Counted from the stretch's first letter, positions 36,389 to 46,049 are shown. The stretch: 64,000 bases of DNA from Pseudomonadota bacterium (GCA_043767805.1 JAYUGC010000058.1:9732-73731), one strand, 5' to 3'. Numbers and translations: made by a program. The notes: a model not told the origin generated them from the letters alone.

Positions 36389-38272
36389 ATGCGCGTCCTT
36401 CTCCTCACGCCCCCAATGACTCAAGTTAATACGCCGTACCCGGCGACCGCTTATCTCACGGGATTTTTGCGCGGCCGGGGTTACGACGCTCGTCAGGAAG
36501 ATCCCGCGCTCGAATTGATTCTGCGTCTCCTTAGCCGCGACGGCCTCGCCGATATTTTCTCGGAGCTGAAAAAGCGCGCGAAGAAAAAGGGAACGCCCGC
36601 GAGTGTGCGCCATTGTCTCGCGCACGCGGACGCGTACCTCGCGACCATCGATCCGGTCATTCGCTTTTTGCAGGGTAAGGATGAGACGCTGTCTCATCGC
36701 CTGGCTCAAGACGGGTTCGTGCCGCGCGGGGCCCGCTTCGAGGCGCTCGCGCAAATGGAAGCCGACGGGGAGGGCGCTCAGTGGGCGTTCGGCTCGCTCG
36801 GCGTGAGAGATCGGGCGAGGCATGTGGCGAGTCTCTACGTCGACGACTTGGTGGACGCCATCCGCGAAGGACTCGATCCTCGCTTCGAGCTGTCTCGCTA
36901 CGGAGAAAAACTCGCCAGCAGCGCGCCGTCTTTCGATCCCATCGAAGACGCGCTTAAAGCCGAGCCGACTTTGGTTGATAGGAGTCTAGACGAGCTGACT
37001 CTTGGTCTAATGAAAAAGCACGAGCCTCAGGTGGTCGGGCTCACTGTTCCCTTTCCGGGAAACGTGTACGGCGCGTTTCGCATCGCTCAAGCGATTCGGC
37101 GCGCGTTTCCCAAAGTGAAAATCATTTTAGGCGGCGGCTACGTGAACACCGAGCTTCGCGAGCTAACCGACGCCCGTGTTTTTGATTACGTGGACTACGT
37201 CACCTTGGATGACGGGGAAGCGCCGTTCCTGAGACTTCTGGAAATTTTCGAAGGGAGGCGAGTGAAGGAAGGCTACTTGCGCACCTTCCAGCGCGAAGCG
37301 GGGAAGGTCGTTTTCAAAACGAACCCCCTCATTCCGAACATCGCGTTCCGCGACGCGGGCACGCCGACCTACGACGGCTTGCCGCTGGATAAATATCTTT
37401 CGCTGTGCGAGCTCTTAAATCCCATGCACCGGCTTTGGTCCGACGGCCGATGGAACAAGCTGACGCTCGCGCACGGCTGCTATTGGAAGCAGTGCACGTT
37501 TTGCGACGTGTCTCTCGACTATATCGGCCGCTACGAGCCCGAGACGGCGGATGGCATCGTCGATCGCATCGTGCAGCTCGTGGAAGAGACCGGTGAGACG
37601 GGCTTTCATTTCGTCGACGAGGCCGCGCCTCCGAAATTACTCGCGGCCATGGCGACGCGTCTGCTCGAGCGGCAAGTCACCATCACCTGGTGGGCGAACA
37701 TCCGTTTCGAGAAGACGTTTACCCCCGAGCTCGCGCGCCTTCTCGCCGCTTCGGGTTGCATCGCGATGAGCGGTGGTCTCGAAGTTGCGTCCGACCGGCT
37801 TTTAGGTTTGATGAAAAAGGGCGTTACGGTCGAGCAAGTCGCGCGCGTGACCCATGCTCTGACCGAAGCCGGCATCATGGTGCATTCGTATTTAATGTAC
37901 GGATTTCCCACGCAAACCTTGCAAGAGACCATCGATTCCTTGGAACGCGTGCGCCAGCTTTTCGCGGCGGGGTGCTTGCAGTCGGCGTTCTGGCATCGCT
38001 TCACGGCGACCGTGCATAGTCCCGTGGGCAAAGACCCGAAGGCTTACGGTATCGAGCTCAGGCCTGTTCCCTCGACGTTTGCGAAAAATGAAGTGCCCTT
38101 CCACGATCCCACCGGCGTCGACCACGACGCTCTGCGCCCAGGGCTAAAGAGAGCCCTCTACAATTACATGCATGGGATCGGTCTCGACGAGGATGTTCGC
38201 GCCTGGTTCGACGAGCCCGTGCCGAAAGCGAAAGTCCCCCGCCGCCTGGTCGAAAACGCCCTTCGGCAGTAA
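36389..38272 (+). CDS. B12-binding-domain radical SAM protein
   Basis: NTPYPATAYL, ILGGGY, CYWKQCTFC (CxxxCxxC), HFVDEA. Confidence 0.88.
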   Translation: MRVLLLTPPMTQVNTPYPATAYLTGFLRGRGYDARQEDPALELILRLLSRDGLADIFSELKKRAKKKGTPASVRHCLAHADAYLATIDPVIRFLQGKDETLSHRLAQDGFVPRGARFEALAQMEADGEGAQWAFGSLGVRDRARHVASLYVDDLVDAIREGLDPRFELSRYGEKLASSAPSFDPIEDALKAEPTLVDRSLDELTLGLMKKHEPQVVGLTVPFPGNVYGAFRIAQAIRRAFPKVKIILGGGYVNTELRELTDARVFDYVDYVTLDDGEAPFLRLLEIFEGRRVKEGYLRTFQREAGKVVFKTNPLIPNIAFRDAGTPTYDGLPLDKYLSLCELLNPMHRLWSDGRWNKLTLAHGCYWKQCTFCDVSLDYIGRYEPETADGIVDRIVQLVEETGETGFHFVDEAAPPKLLAAMATRLLERQVTITWWANIRFEKTFTPELARLLAASGCIAMSGGLEVASDRLLGLMKKGVTVEQVARVTHALTEAGIMVHSYLMYGFPTQTLQETIDSLERVRQLFAAGCLQSAFWHRFTATVHSPVGKDPKAYGIELRPVPSTFAKNEVPFHDPTGVDHDALRPGLKRALYNYMHGIGLDEDVRAWFDEPVPKAKVPRRLVENALRQ

Positions 38273-38335
38273 CGCGGGTGCGCATTACAAGCGCCGGGCT
38301 CTGGGTTACGGATCACCTCTATATAGAGGGGAACC

Positions 38336-39310
38336 ATGCGCATTCTTTCCATTCTCACGCTTTTCGTCCTGGGGTCGAACGTCTTTGCCGAAACGAAGAC
38401 GTATCAGTTCATGTTCAAAAACTACCCGAAAAGCTCCGCCGGTTGCCACGCGGCTGCCGCCGAAGCGGGAGTGAAGTTCACCCAAGGGTCGGGCCAGGCG
38501 GTAAAGACCGCTCGTTGTGTCGCGGATGATATCGACACCTACCGTATCCTCATCGAGTATGAGGCCGAAGCGCCTGTCGCCTGGATCGCGAACTCGAATA
38601 ACCTTTCCTTGTATCCCTCGGGCCAATTCAAAACCCTCGCGGCTTGTCAGGCGGAAGTACCGGCCCTTTCCCAAGTGTTTCAAAAGGAAACTGGTCTCGC
38701 ACCGACCTTCGCCTACTGCGAAGGCGATTTCTTTTCGCAGTCGTATCCCTGGTACGTACGCCTCGATGCGTTTGGCACCACCGCGCGTCCGCCGCGTCTG
38801 GACGGTTTCCTGATCTTCGCGCTGCCCCTCAACTACGCGCCCGGCGTGTACGGCACGGAGTTGACCTCCGCATTGAGTAGCCTTGGCGTGACGGCGACCA
38901 CGGTGCGCACGCATTCCAAAGGCGGCTATGCGGCGATATCGGTTCACTACTACGGCAAAGATCGCGTGCGCTTCGACGCGAAGGAAATTACCCGCTCCGG
39001 AAAAAAAGAAGAGTGCCTGGATCAGCTGGCCTCGGTGAAGGCGGCTTTGGGGACTTTCGATACGAAGCCGCTCCTCGCCTATTGTGGAACGGACATGCTC
39101 GGCACCACCGAGCTGACGGTGGTCTATCCGGGTCAATCGGACGTGCGCTTTTCTCTCGCGTCCGAGGTCTCGGCGACGTTTGCGGATTGTTTGGCGGGCC
39201 GGGACGCGCTTGTGACGAAGTACCAAACGGAATTGAAGCTTCCGGTTAAAGGCGGCGTCTGCACGAGAAGCAATCGCGGCTACCAAGTCCGGATGTTCGA
39301 GAAGATCTAA
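38336..39310 (+). CDS. Secreted Cys-rich hypothetical protein
   Basis: Signal peptide; regularly spaced Cys pairs. Confidence 0.7.
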   Translation: MRILSILTLFVLGSNVFAETKTYQFMFKNYPKSSAGCHAAAAEAGVKFTQGSGQAVKTARCVADDIDTYRILIEYEAEAPVAWIANSNNLSLYPSGQFKTLAACQAEVPALSQVFQKETGLAPTFAYCEGDFFSQSYPWYVRLDAFGTTARPPRLDGFLIFALPLNYAPGVYGTELTSALSSLGVTATTVRTHSKGGYAAISVHYYGKDRVRFDAKEITRSGKKEECLDQLASVKAALGTFDTKPLLAYCGTDMLGTTELTVVYPGQSDVRFSLASEVSATFADCLAGRDALVTKYQTELKLPVKGGVCTRSNRGYQVRMFEKI

Positions 39311-39492
39311 TGGCGGCAGTTCAAGTCAAAACGAAAGCGGTATCGGGAAGGGTGCGCTATTACCCGGTGGGTCCGAACGCGGCCCACGTGACTCAGCTGA
39401 CGAAGAAGAAAACTTTGTCCGAGCTGGATCTCGAAGCCTTGAAGGCCCTCGGTTGCACAATCGAGCGCCTCCCAGGCGAGCCTGAGATCTAA
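39310..39492 (+). CDS. Small hypothetical protein
   Basis: TAATG stop/start overlap with the upstream gene; 60 aa. Confidence 0.55.
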   Translation: MAAVQVKTKAVSGRVRYYPVGPNAAHVTQLTKKKTLSELDLEALKALGCTIERLPGEPEI

Positions 39493-39548
39493 AAGGTACC
39501 TTTCAGCTAGGCGTGGCCTGGTTTTTGATCGGTTTTTTGGGGGATGGA

Positions 39549-40883
39549 ATGATTCGTTGGTCGTTAGTGGCTTTGTTAGTTGCCGGTGCGCTTGCTTTCG
39601 CGGGGGAAGAGCCGCAGTTTTGGTACACGGCGAAGGGCTCCACGGAAGCCTCGCTGGATTTCAACGCGGCGGTTGAGTTCACGCCTCGCGGAGCGCCCGA
39701 CGCGTCGAAGGTTCAGCAAGCCATCGAAGCGCAAGTGCTTCACCTCTTCGGCCCCATGGCGGCCGCCTTGGCTCCCGCCGTTCCAAAAACCGACCACCGC
39801 ATTACCGACGTCAAAGTCGAAAAGGTGGAAGGGGAGGCGGGCGTTTACCGCGCGACTTATCATTACCAAGGCACCATCGTCGTTCACAACGGCCCGCGCA
39901 CCCGTTACGACATTCTGCTTCCGATCCGGCCCGGAAAAATTTACGAGCAGTCTCTCGTGAAAAAGGGCGCCTACCTCTTCAATGTTTGCACCGATCCGCA
40001 CTATCAGGCGAAGAGCGATTTTTGGTATTTCTGGAATCCGGAACAAGCCGGCTGTCCGCTTCAAGAGGGCGTCCACTTCGCGCGCGTACGGGGCGCCATC
40101 GAGCGCTCGCCGAACACGCGGCTCACCTACCCTGAGTACGATCGCCTGGTCGATGCAAAGGGCATAGTGCGCGTCGACGTTTTCTTCGGCATGGATGATT
40201 CCACCCATTCGCCGGATCCGATCCACTCGGGCGACTGGAATGCGGCGGCGTTTCGCAACTTCCGCAAGACGCTCGTCTCTCTCGGTTTCGACGAGAAAGT
40301 GCTCACGACGGAAGAGATCAGAAAAATCCTGGTCAGCCGGGTGAGCACCGTCCCGTATCTCTCCACCTTCAGCTGGACGGGAAAGAAAGCTTCGATTGTC
40401 GTACGCGCTTTCTTCGGGCCGACGAGTTTGGATGAGCACAGTCTAGCCTTTCACCTGCTGCTTGCCGATGCGTTTGCGAGAAGTTCCGTCGTCATTCACG
40501 ACGGCCATTCCGGTCTCGGCACCACCTTGGACTTGGAAGCCATCGAGCAGCTGCGCCGCTTTCAGCTAAAGCCCAACCCGAAGCGGTACCAGATCTATTA
40601 CTTCAATAGCTGCACGTCTTATCCTTATTATCAGAGAGATTTCTTCGCCCGCAAACGCACCACTGCCGATCCGTCGGGCACCCGGCAGCTGGACATCGTC
40701 ACCAACGGCTTGGCGGCGCCGTTTGATCCGGGCGCCACGGCGAACCTCGCCCTCATCCGCGCGGTTCAGCGCTGGTCGGCCGGTTACGCGCCTCCCAGCT
40801 ATCAACGCCTGGCTGAGCTCCTTACCGAAGACGTCTTACTTGGGGTCAACGGTGACGAAGACAATCCTTCGTCGCGTCCCTGA
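39549..40883 (+). CDS. Secreted hypothetical protein with possible His-Cys dyad (HDGHSG / FNSC)
   Basis: Signal peptide from ATG 39549; DFWYFWNP, HDGHSGLG, YQIYYFNSCTSY, GVNGDEDNP. Confidence 0.7.
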   Translation: MIRWSLVALLVAGALAFAGEEPQFWYTAKGSTEASLDFNAAVEFTPRGAPDASKVQQAIEAQVLHLFGPMAAALAPAVPKTDHRITDVKVEKVEGEAGVYRATYHYQGTIVVHNGPRTRYDILLPIRPGKIYEQSLVKKGAYLFNVCTDPHYQAKSDFWYFWNPEQAGCPLQEGVHFARVRGAIERSPNTRLTYPEYDRLVDAKGIVRVDVFFGMDDSTHSPDPIHSGDWNAAAFRNFRKTLVSLGFDEKVLTTEEIRKILVSRVSTVPYLSTFSWTGKKASIVVRAFFGPTSLDEHSLAFHLLLADAFARSSVVIHDGHSGLGTTLDLEAIEQLRRFQLKPNPKRYQIYYFNSCTSYPYYQRDFFARKRTTADPSGTRQLDIVTNGLAAPFDPGATANLALIRAVQRWSAGYAPPSYQRLAELLTEDVLLGVNGDEDNPSSRP

Positions 40884-40903
40884 AGAGCTCGTCTTCTCTG
40901 TCC

Positions 40904-40919
40904 CGGCACCAGAGTTGCA
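40904..40919 (+). promoter_or_regulatory. Putative sigma54 promoter
   Basis: CGGCACCAGAGTTGCA upstream of the BON gene. Confidence 0.6.
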
Positions 40920-40954
40920 TCGTTCTTCTTTCAGATACGAAAGGGAGGATGGGC

Positions 40955-41671
40955 ATGCAAATCATTTCGTTTTTGTTTGGTGTCGGTTTAGTCGCCCTTT
41001 GGATTGCTGGGCTCGTCAATAACGTCCCTCAGTGGTACGCGTGGCTCGACATGATCGGAGCGGTCTTCGCCTTTGCCATCGCGGCGGGAACACCTTCGAA
41101 GCTACGCGTTCGCCGGGTGCGAGGGGGAGGCGCCTGCGTAGGTCTCGCGGTGGGACTCTTCGCCATTTGGCTGCTCGCTCTACGGGACGGGGCTCCGGCT
41201 TGGATCGCGTGGGGCAACTTCACTTTAGCGTGCGCTTTCCTACTTACCGGAATCGGATCTCTCGCGACGCCTGACGAAGACATCCTTTCTCGTCGACAAG
41301 GGACCTACGGCAGCTTCTTCGGCGTCTTTCCCGGAGGCGCCGCGGGCGACATGGGATCTCCGTACGGATCGGGCTACGGCTTCGGCCCGTTTAATCCCGG
41401 TGTGCCCACCGTCGACGAGACGGTGCGAGCCGGAGGCTACCCGCGCATGGATGCTCTCATCGAAGAAGAGATCACCGAGCGCTTCTCGCGTCACTGGTCT
41501 CTCGATGCTTCCGACATCGACGTCTCCGTCGAAGATGGGGTGGTGACGCTCGAGGGAAGTGCCGGCGGCTGTGGCGATCGCAAGCTCGCCGAAGGTATTG
41601 TCGATGCGGTGATGGGAGTGAAGGGAATTCAGAATCGGTTGTCCGTAAGACACGACATTCAAGCGGCCTAA
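40955..41671 (+). CDS. Four-TM membrane protein with C-terminal BON domain
   Basis: Four TM helices, a Gly-rich linker, and LDASDIDVSVEDGVVTLEG..GVKGIQNRL. Confidence 0.82.
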   Translation: MQIISFLFGVGLVALWIAGLVNNVPQWYAWLDMIGAVFAFAIAAGTPSKLRVRRVRGGGACVGLAVGLFAIWLLALRDGAPAWIAWGNFTLACAFLLTGIGSLATPDEDILSRRQGTYGSFFGVFPGGAAGDMGSPYGSGYGFGPFNPGVPTVDETVRAGGYPRMDALIEEEITERFSRHWSLDASDIDVSVEDGVVTLEGSAGGCGDRKLAEGIVDAVMGVKGIQNRLSVRHDIQAA

Positions 41672-41692
41672 GTTAATAGAGGAGAGTAGAGC

Positions 41693-42208
41693 ATGTACCG
41701 TAACATCTGGTTGGTAATCTTGGCGGGATTGGGCGCAGTGGCCTTGGGCGTCGAGCCCACTATGGGATCCCATACGGAGAACCCGGATATCTACGCTTCG
41801 GCGTTGTTAAAACCGCTCCCGGGCTCGGGCCTAAACGGAAACGTCGAGTTTCAAGCGCATCCCGAGGGAACGCGGCTACTTTTCACGCTCGCTAACGGGC
41901 GGGCGGGTAAGCCCTACCAGATCGACTTGGTCGATACCAATCGGTGCCCGGGACAAGACGTTAACGCTAAAGCCGAGCCCTTCGCGGCCGCTCGTCTGGC
42001 CCATCTCGCCAAAGTGGAGGTGAGAAAAGACGGCATGGCCGCGGCCACCCGCCGGCTTCCGCTTGATGACGCTCCCGGTAAGAACTGGAAGAACGTCATT
42101 CAGCACGCGGTCCACGTGTCTCAATCCGGAGGCACCCTGTTGGCCTGCGGGGTCGTACAGAACACGGGGCCGAGTGACAGCGTCGCGGCCAAGAAAATTT
42201 CCGAGTGA
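41693..42208 (+). CDS. Secreted Cu/Zn-superoxide-dismutase-fold protein lacking the metal ligands
   Basis: GNVEF, C..., LAKVEVRKDG.A and LLACGVV align with the SodC scaffold; the HxH ligands are absent. Confidence 0.6.
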   Translation: MYRNIWLVILAGLGAVALGVEPTMGSHTENPDIYASALLKPLPGSGLNGNVEFQAHPEGTRLLFTLANGRAGKPYQIDLVDTNRCPGQDVNAKAEPFAAARLAHLAKVEVRKDGMAAATRRLPLDDAPGKNWKNVIQHAVHVSQSGGTLLACGVVQNTGPSDSVAAKKISE

Positions 42209-42271
42209 CCTGACCAGAGGCAACTCTTGCCTCTGGCAAACCCATGGGGCGTGAGGTAAGCCTTGGAATAG

Positions 42272-42634
42272 GTGAAAAAGCACATTCTCATCATCGAGGA
42301 CGATCCGCCGATTCGCGAGACTCTTACCGAGCTCTTGGAAGACGAAGGTTTTCTCGTGGATAGCGCCGCGAATGGCGAGATCGCCCTGACCTGGCTGCGC
42401 GCGCACTCGGCTCCCCATCTAATCCTCCTCGACTTGATGATGCCGGTGAAAGACGGTTTCGAGTTCCGCCGCGAGCAGATGTCCGACACGATTTTGTCCT
42501 CCATTCCGGTGGTGATCATGTCGGCCGACGCGCACGTCGAACAAAAAGCGGGACGGCTGGGCGGCGTGGGATTCATCCGCAAACCGCCCGATATTGACGA
42601 AGTTCTTGGCGCCATTGCCAAGTACATCTCCTGA
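42272..42634 (+). CDS. Single-domain response regulator
   Basis: ILIIEDD, LLDLMMPVKDG, MSA, KP. Confidence 0.9.
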   Translation: MKKHILIIEDDPPIRETLTELLEDEGFLVDSAANGEIALTWLRAHSAPHLILLDLMMPVKDGFEFRREQMSDTILSSIPVVIMSADAHVEQKAGRLGGVGFIRKPPDIDEVLGAIAKYIS

Positions 42635-42650
42635 CAGGAGCTTCTTCCCC

Positions 42651-43301
42651 ATGAACGAAAAAGAAGCGGCCGGCGCGCTAGTGGAAATGTGCCGGCGCTT
42701 GCACGCGCGCAATCTCATCGCCGCCGCCGACGGCAACGTGAGTCTTCGCTTGGAAGACGGCACGATTCTCATGACTCCCACGGGAGTGAACAAAGGTTTC
42801 TTGAAAGCCCATCAGATGGCGCGCCTCACGCTGAACGACGAGATTCTCTCCGGCTCTCCCTCGGGCGAACGAAGGATGCATCTCGAAGTGTACCGCCGCT
42901 GTCCTAAAGCCAAAGCGGTCGTGCACGCGCATCCGCCCACGGCGATTGCCTGGAGCGTCGCGCGTCCCGAGCTCACGGAATTACCGAGCGAGGGATTGTC
43001 GGAGATCGTGCTCGCGGTGGGAAGCATTCCCTTCGTCCCCTACGCGCGGCCCGGCGGCCAAGGCATGGGAGACGCGCTTCATCCGTTTCTTCCAGAGCGC
43101 CGTGTTTTGATTCTGTCCCGGCACGGGGCCTTGAGCTGGGGCGAGAGCTGGGAAGAAGCTTACAACGGAATGGAACGACTCGAGCACAGCGCGCAGATTT
43201 TAAAAAGCGCGGTGGAGCTGGGTGGCTTGAGCCCGCTCGCGCCCGAGGAGCTTGCCGCGCTCAAAGCGATGCGCGCGCAATCGGGAGAGCGTTCCCTGTG
43301 A
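42651..43301 (+). CDS. Class II aldolase/adducin family protein
   Basis: DGNVS, TPTG, PSGE..MH, VHAHP, HGA; AGGAG RBS. Confidence 0.88.
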   Translation: MNEKEAAGALVEMCRRLHARNLIAAADGNVSLRLEDGTILMTPTGVNKGFLKAHQMARLTLNDEILSGSPSGERRMHLEVYRRCPKAKAVVHAHPPTAIAWSVARPELTELPSEGLSEIVLAVGSIPFVPYARPGGQGMGDALHPFLPERRVLILSRHGALSWGESWEEAYNGMERLEHSAQILKSAVELGGLSPLAPEELAALKAMRAQSGERSL

Positions 43302-44302
43302 CGCTCACCTCCCTCGCTTTGAAGCTCGAAGGCGAGAGGCTTCTCGTCCTCGACCAAGCCGCGCTTCCCGCCGAGGAAATCTGGATCGAAGCGCGCACGC
43401 CGGAGATCATGGCCGAGCTAATCCGCGCTCTGAGAATTCGAGGAGCGCCTCTCATCGGAGTGGGTGCGGCGCTGTCTCTGGGACTCCTCGCTCGTCAGGG
43501 AAAGTCTCGCGCCGTCTTCGAGTCGGCTTGCCACCTTTTGAGAGAGGCCCGTCCGACCGCCGTCAATTTGATGAGTGCCGTCGACCGGGTGGCGAAAGCT
43601 TCCGATCCCTGGGCGGCGGCCGTAGCCATATTCGAGCAAGACGTCGCGCTTTGCGCGGAGCTTGCTCGTCACGGCAACGGCCTCGTTCAGGACGGCGACC
43701 AGATACTCACTCATTGCAATACAGGCGGCCTGGCCACCGCGGGAGTGGGAACGGCCTTGGGCGTGATTCGCCGGGCGTATGAGGCCGGCAAGAAAATTCA
43801 CGTTTATGTCGACGAGACCCGGCCTCTTTTGCAAGGCGGCAGGCTCACGGCTTGGGAGCTCGACCGCCTCGGGATTCCCTTCACGCTTCTCTGCGACAAT
43901 GCGGCGGCTTCGCTGATGGCCGCGGGAAAAATCTCGAAAGTTTTTTTGGGCGCCGATCGCATCGCCCGGAACGGCGACTTCGCCAACAAGATTGGGACCT
44001 ATAACGTCGCCGTGCTCGCCAAATTTCACGGCGTGCCGTTTTATCCGGTTGCTCCTTTGACGACGGTGGATGCTCATTGTCCCTCTGGTGTTTCGATTCC
44101 CATCGAGATGCGGGACGCGGAAGAGGTGAGGGGGGCAAAGGGCTCTTTTGGGGCGGTTCGCTGGAGCCCGGCGGACTGTGGCGTCTATAACCCGGCCTTC
44201 GATGTGACTCCGGCCCACCTCGTCACGGCGCTCGTGCTCGATATCGGCGTGCTTCATCCTCATGAGCTCGCGTCTCGCCTTCCGCCGTCTGACTCGGCGT
44301 AA
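43298..44302 (+). CDS. mtnA: S-methyl-5-thioribose-1-phosphate isomerase
   Basis: IRGAPLIG, ARPTAVNL, THCNTG.LAT, DETRPLLQG.RLTAWEL, GADRI..NGD.ANKIGTY, NPAFDVTP. Confidence 0.95.
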   Translation: MTLTSLALKLEGERLLVLDQAALPAEEIWIEARTPEIMAELIRALRIRGAPLIGVGAALSLGLLARQGKSRAVFESACHLLREARPTAVNLMSAVDRVAKASDPWAAAVAIFEQDVALCAELARHGNGLVQDGDQILTHCNTGGLATAGVGTALGVIRRAYEAGKKIHVYVDETRPLLQGGRLTAWELDRLGIPFTLLCDNAAASLMAAGKISKVFLGADRIARNGDFANKIGTYNVAVLAKFHGVPFYPVAPLTTVDAHCPSGVSIPIEMRDAEEVRGAKGSFGAVRWSPADCGVYNPAFDVTPAHLVTALVLDIGVLHPHELASRLPPSDSA

Positions 44303-44360
44303 GACCGAAACAGAGTGCGGCAAAACGCATCGACCCGAGCCATACCGGCGACTTGGGATC

Positions 44361-44376
44361 TGGCACTTCTCTTGCT
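44361..44376 (+). promoter_or_regulatory. Near-consensus sigma54 promoter
   Basis: TGGCACTTCTCTTGCT, followed by a GGAGG RBS and ATG 44402. Confidence 0.75.
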
Positions 44377-44401
44377 CTCTAAAAAGGATGGGAGGTGTTT
44401 T

Positions 44402-44725
44402 ATGAAACTCATTCTTGTCGCCTTACTCGCTGCATTACTTTCGACGCCGGCGATGAGCGCGACCGGTAACGTGGCGGACGATTTCACGGGGTTCGACGAT
44501 ACTCGAGAGCCCCCGGGCCCGGAGCCGCGCCTACCGTGGCGAGCCGTGCCGCGCTCTGAGTACCGTTATTTTGAATGCACGGCGAAAGACGCGGGTTGGG
44601 AAGAACACCGGGGCGGACACTCGGGCTACGGGCCGACTCGTTACCAAGCTCAGCGGCAAGCCTTAGCTTATTGTCAGCGTCTGCACGGGCGTTGCGAGCT
44701 CGACGCCTGCTTACGAATTCAATAG
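44402..44725 (+). CDS. Small secreted protein with four Cys
   Basis: Signal peptide MKLILVALLAALLSTPAMS; C-terminal AQRQALAYC..GRC...C. Confidence 0.7.
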   Translation: MKLILVALLAALLSTPAMSATGNVADDFTGFDDTREPPGPEPRLPWRAVPRSEYRYFECTAKDAGWEEHRGGHSGYGPTRYQAQRQALAYCQRLHGRCELDACLRIQ

Positions 44726-44745
44726 GGCGATCTTCTCCTCGGCCT

Positions 44746-44761
44746 TGGCCCGGCGATTGCA
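44746..44761 (+). promoter_or_regulatory. Putative sigma54 promoter
   Basis: TGGCCCGGCGATTGCA upstream of the glycosyltransferase. Confidence 0.55.
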
Positions 44762-44810
44762 CTGACTTCGTCGCAATGGATCGGGCTGCTAACGTGGCCG
44801 AGGAGAAAAA

Positions 44811-46049
44811 ATGGAAGAGATCACCCAACGACTAGACGAGCCCGCCGTGGATGCCGCGGTTTTGGGATTAGGTTTGCCGACGGGCGGTGTTTACAAACTG
44901 CCCGTGAGACGAATCGCCCGCCGAGGGGCCGTTCTCTCCGACCTGCTTTGTTTTTCGCACCTGAGATGGGATCTTGCCTCTCAGCGCCCCCAACAGCTCA
45001 TGCATCGGTTTGCCAAGGAGCGACGGGTGTTCTATTTCGAGTCTCCCGTTTATGACGGGGATGCCCCCCGCCTCGAGCTGCGCCGGCCGGGCAACGAGCC
45101 CCTCTGGATCGTCACGCCGCACCTGTCCTCGTCGGGAGAGTGCTTGTGGCAAGACGCGACCTTGCGGCGTCTGGTGGACGAGCTGATCAAGGCGCAGTCC
45201 GTACGGGATTTCGTCGGCTGGTATTACGATCCGACGGCGCTCGGCTTTACCCGGCACTTGCGCCCGTCCGCGGTGGTCTACGACTGCGTGGAAGAGTGGG
45301 GCGGGTTTTTGGGAGTGAATGAGCGGGAGACCGAGCTGTTTCAGAAGGCCGACCTGGTGTTCACCAGCGGCCAAAGTCTTTTGGAAGCTAAGCGTAGCCG
45401 CCATGCGCGCGTGCACTTCTTCCCCAGTTCTGTGGACACCGAGCATTTCAGGAAGGCGAGGCTTCACCGCCAGGATCCGAAGGATCAAGCACTGCTTCCG
45501 CACCCGCGTCTCGGTTTTTTCGGAGTTCTCGACGACAGGATTGATTTCACTTTGCTGAAATCCGTCGCGGCGGCCAGGCCCGAGTGGCAGATTATTTTGC
45601 TCGGGCCGGTTTGCAAGTCGGCGCCGGAGCCCTTGCCCCGGCTCCACAACATCCACTATCTCGGCGCCCGGCCGTACTCGGAGCTCCCGGCTTATCTCGG
45701 GGGCTGGGACGTCGCTTTGCTTCCCTTCGTGCGCACGCCTATGGCGAAATACATCAGCCCCACGAAGGCGCCCGAATATCTCGCGGCGGGACGGCCCGTG
45801 GTGTCCACTTCCGTTCGCGATGTCACCCGGCCGTACGGGGATCGAGGCTTCGTCTACGTGGCGGATGGCGCGCGCGATTTCATCCGGGCGGTGGATCGGG
45901 CCCTCGAGCTGCGCAGAAACGGAAAGGCCTGGCTCGAGGAAGTGGATGCGTTCCTGAGCTTGAGCTCCTGGGACCGGACCTGGAAGGAAATGAGAAGCCT
46001 CGTCGCTCAAGTCACGCCGGAACCGGCTCGCGCTATCGTGATGTCTTGA
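44811..46049 (+). CDS. GT-B glycosyltransferase (type often linked to UDP-galactopyranose mutase)
   Basis: DLLCFSHLRW..QRPQQLM, VVYDC, ISPTKAPEYLAAGRPVVST. Confidence 0.88.
   Translation: MEEITQRLDEPAVDAAVLGLGLPTGGVYKLPVRRIARRGAVLSDLLCFSHLRWDLASQRPQQLMHRFAKERRVFYFESPVYDGDAPRLELRRPGNEPLWIVTPHLSSSGECLWQDATLRRLVDELIKAQSVRDFVGWYYDPTALGFTRHLRPSAVVYDCVEEWGGFLGVNERETELFQKADLVFTSGQSLLEAKRSRHARVHFFPSSVDTEHFRKARLHRQDPKDQALLPHPRLGFFGVLDDRIDFTLLKSVAAARPEWQIILLGPVCKSAPEPLPRLHNIHYLGARPYSELPAYLGGWDVALLPFVRTPMAKYISPTKAPEYLAAGRPVVSTSVRDVTRPYGDRGFVYVADGARDFIRAVDRALELRRNGKAWLEEVDAFLSLSSWDRTWKEMRSLVAQVTPEPARAIVMS

Noticed and set aside
39310..39492. Small ORF reminiscent of phage hypothetical proteins, as evidence of a prophage
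   Set aside because: The resemblance is from memory only, and there are no structural, integrase or replication phage genes around it.
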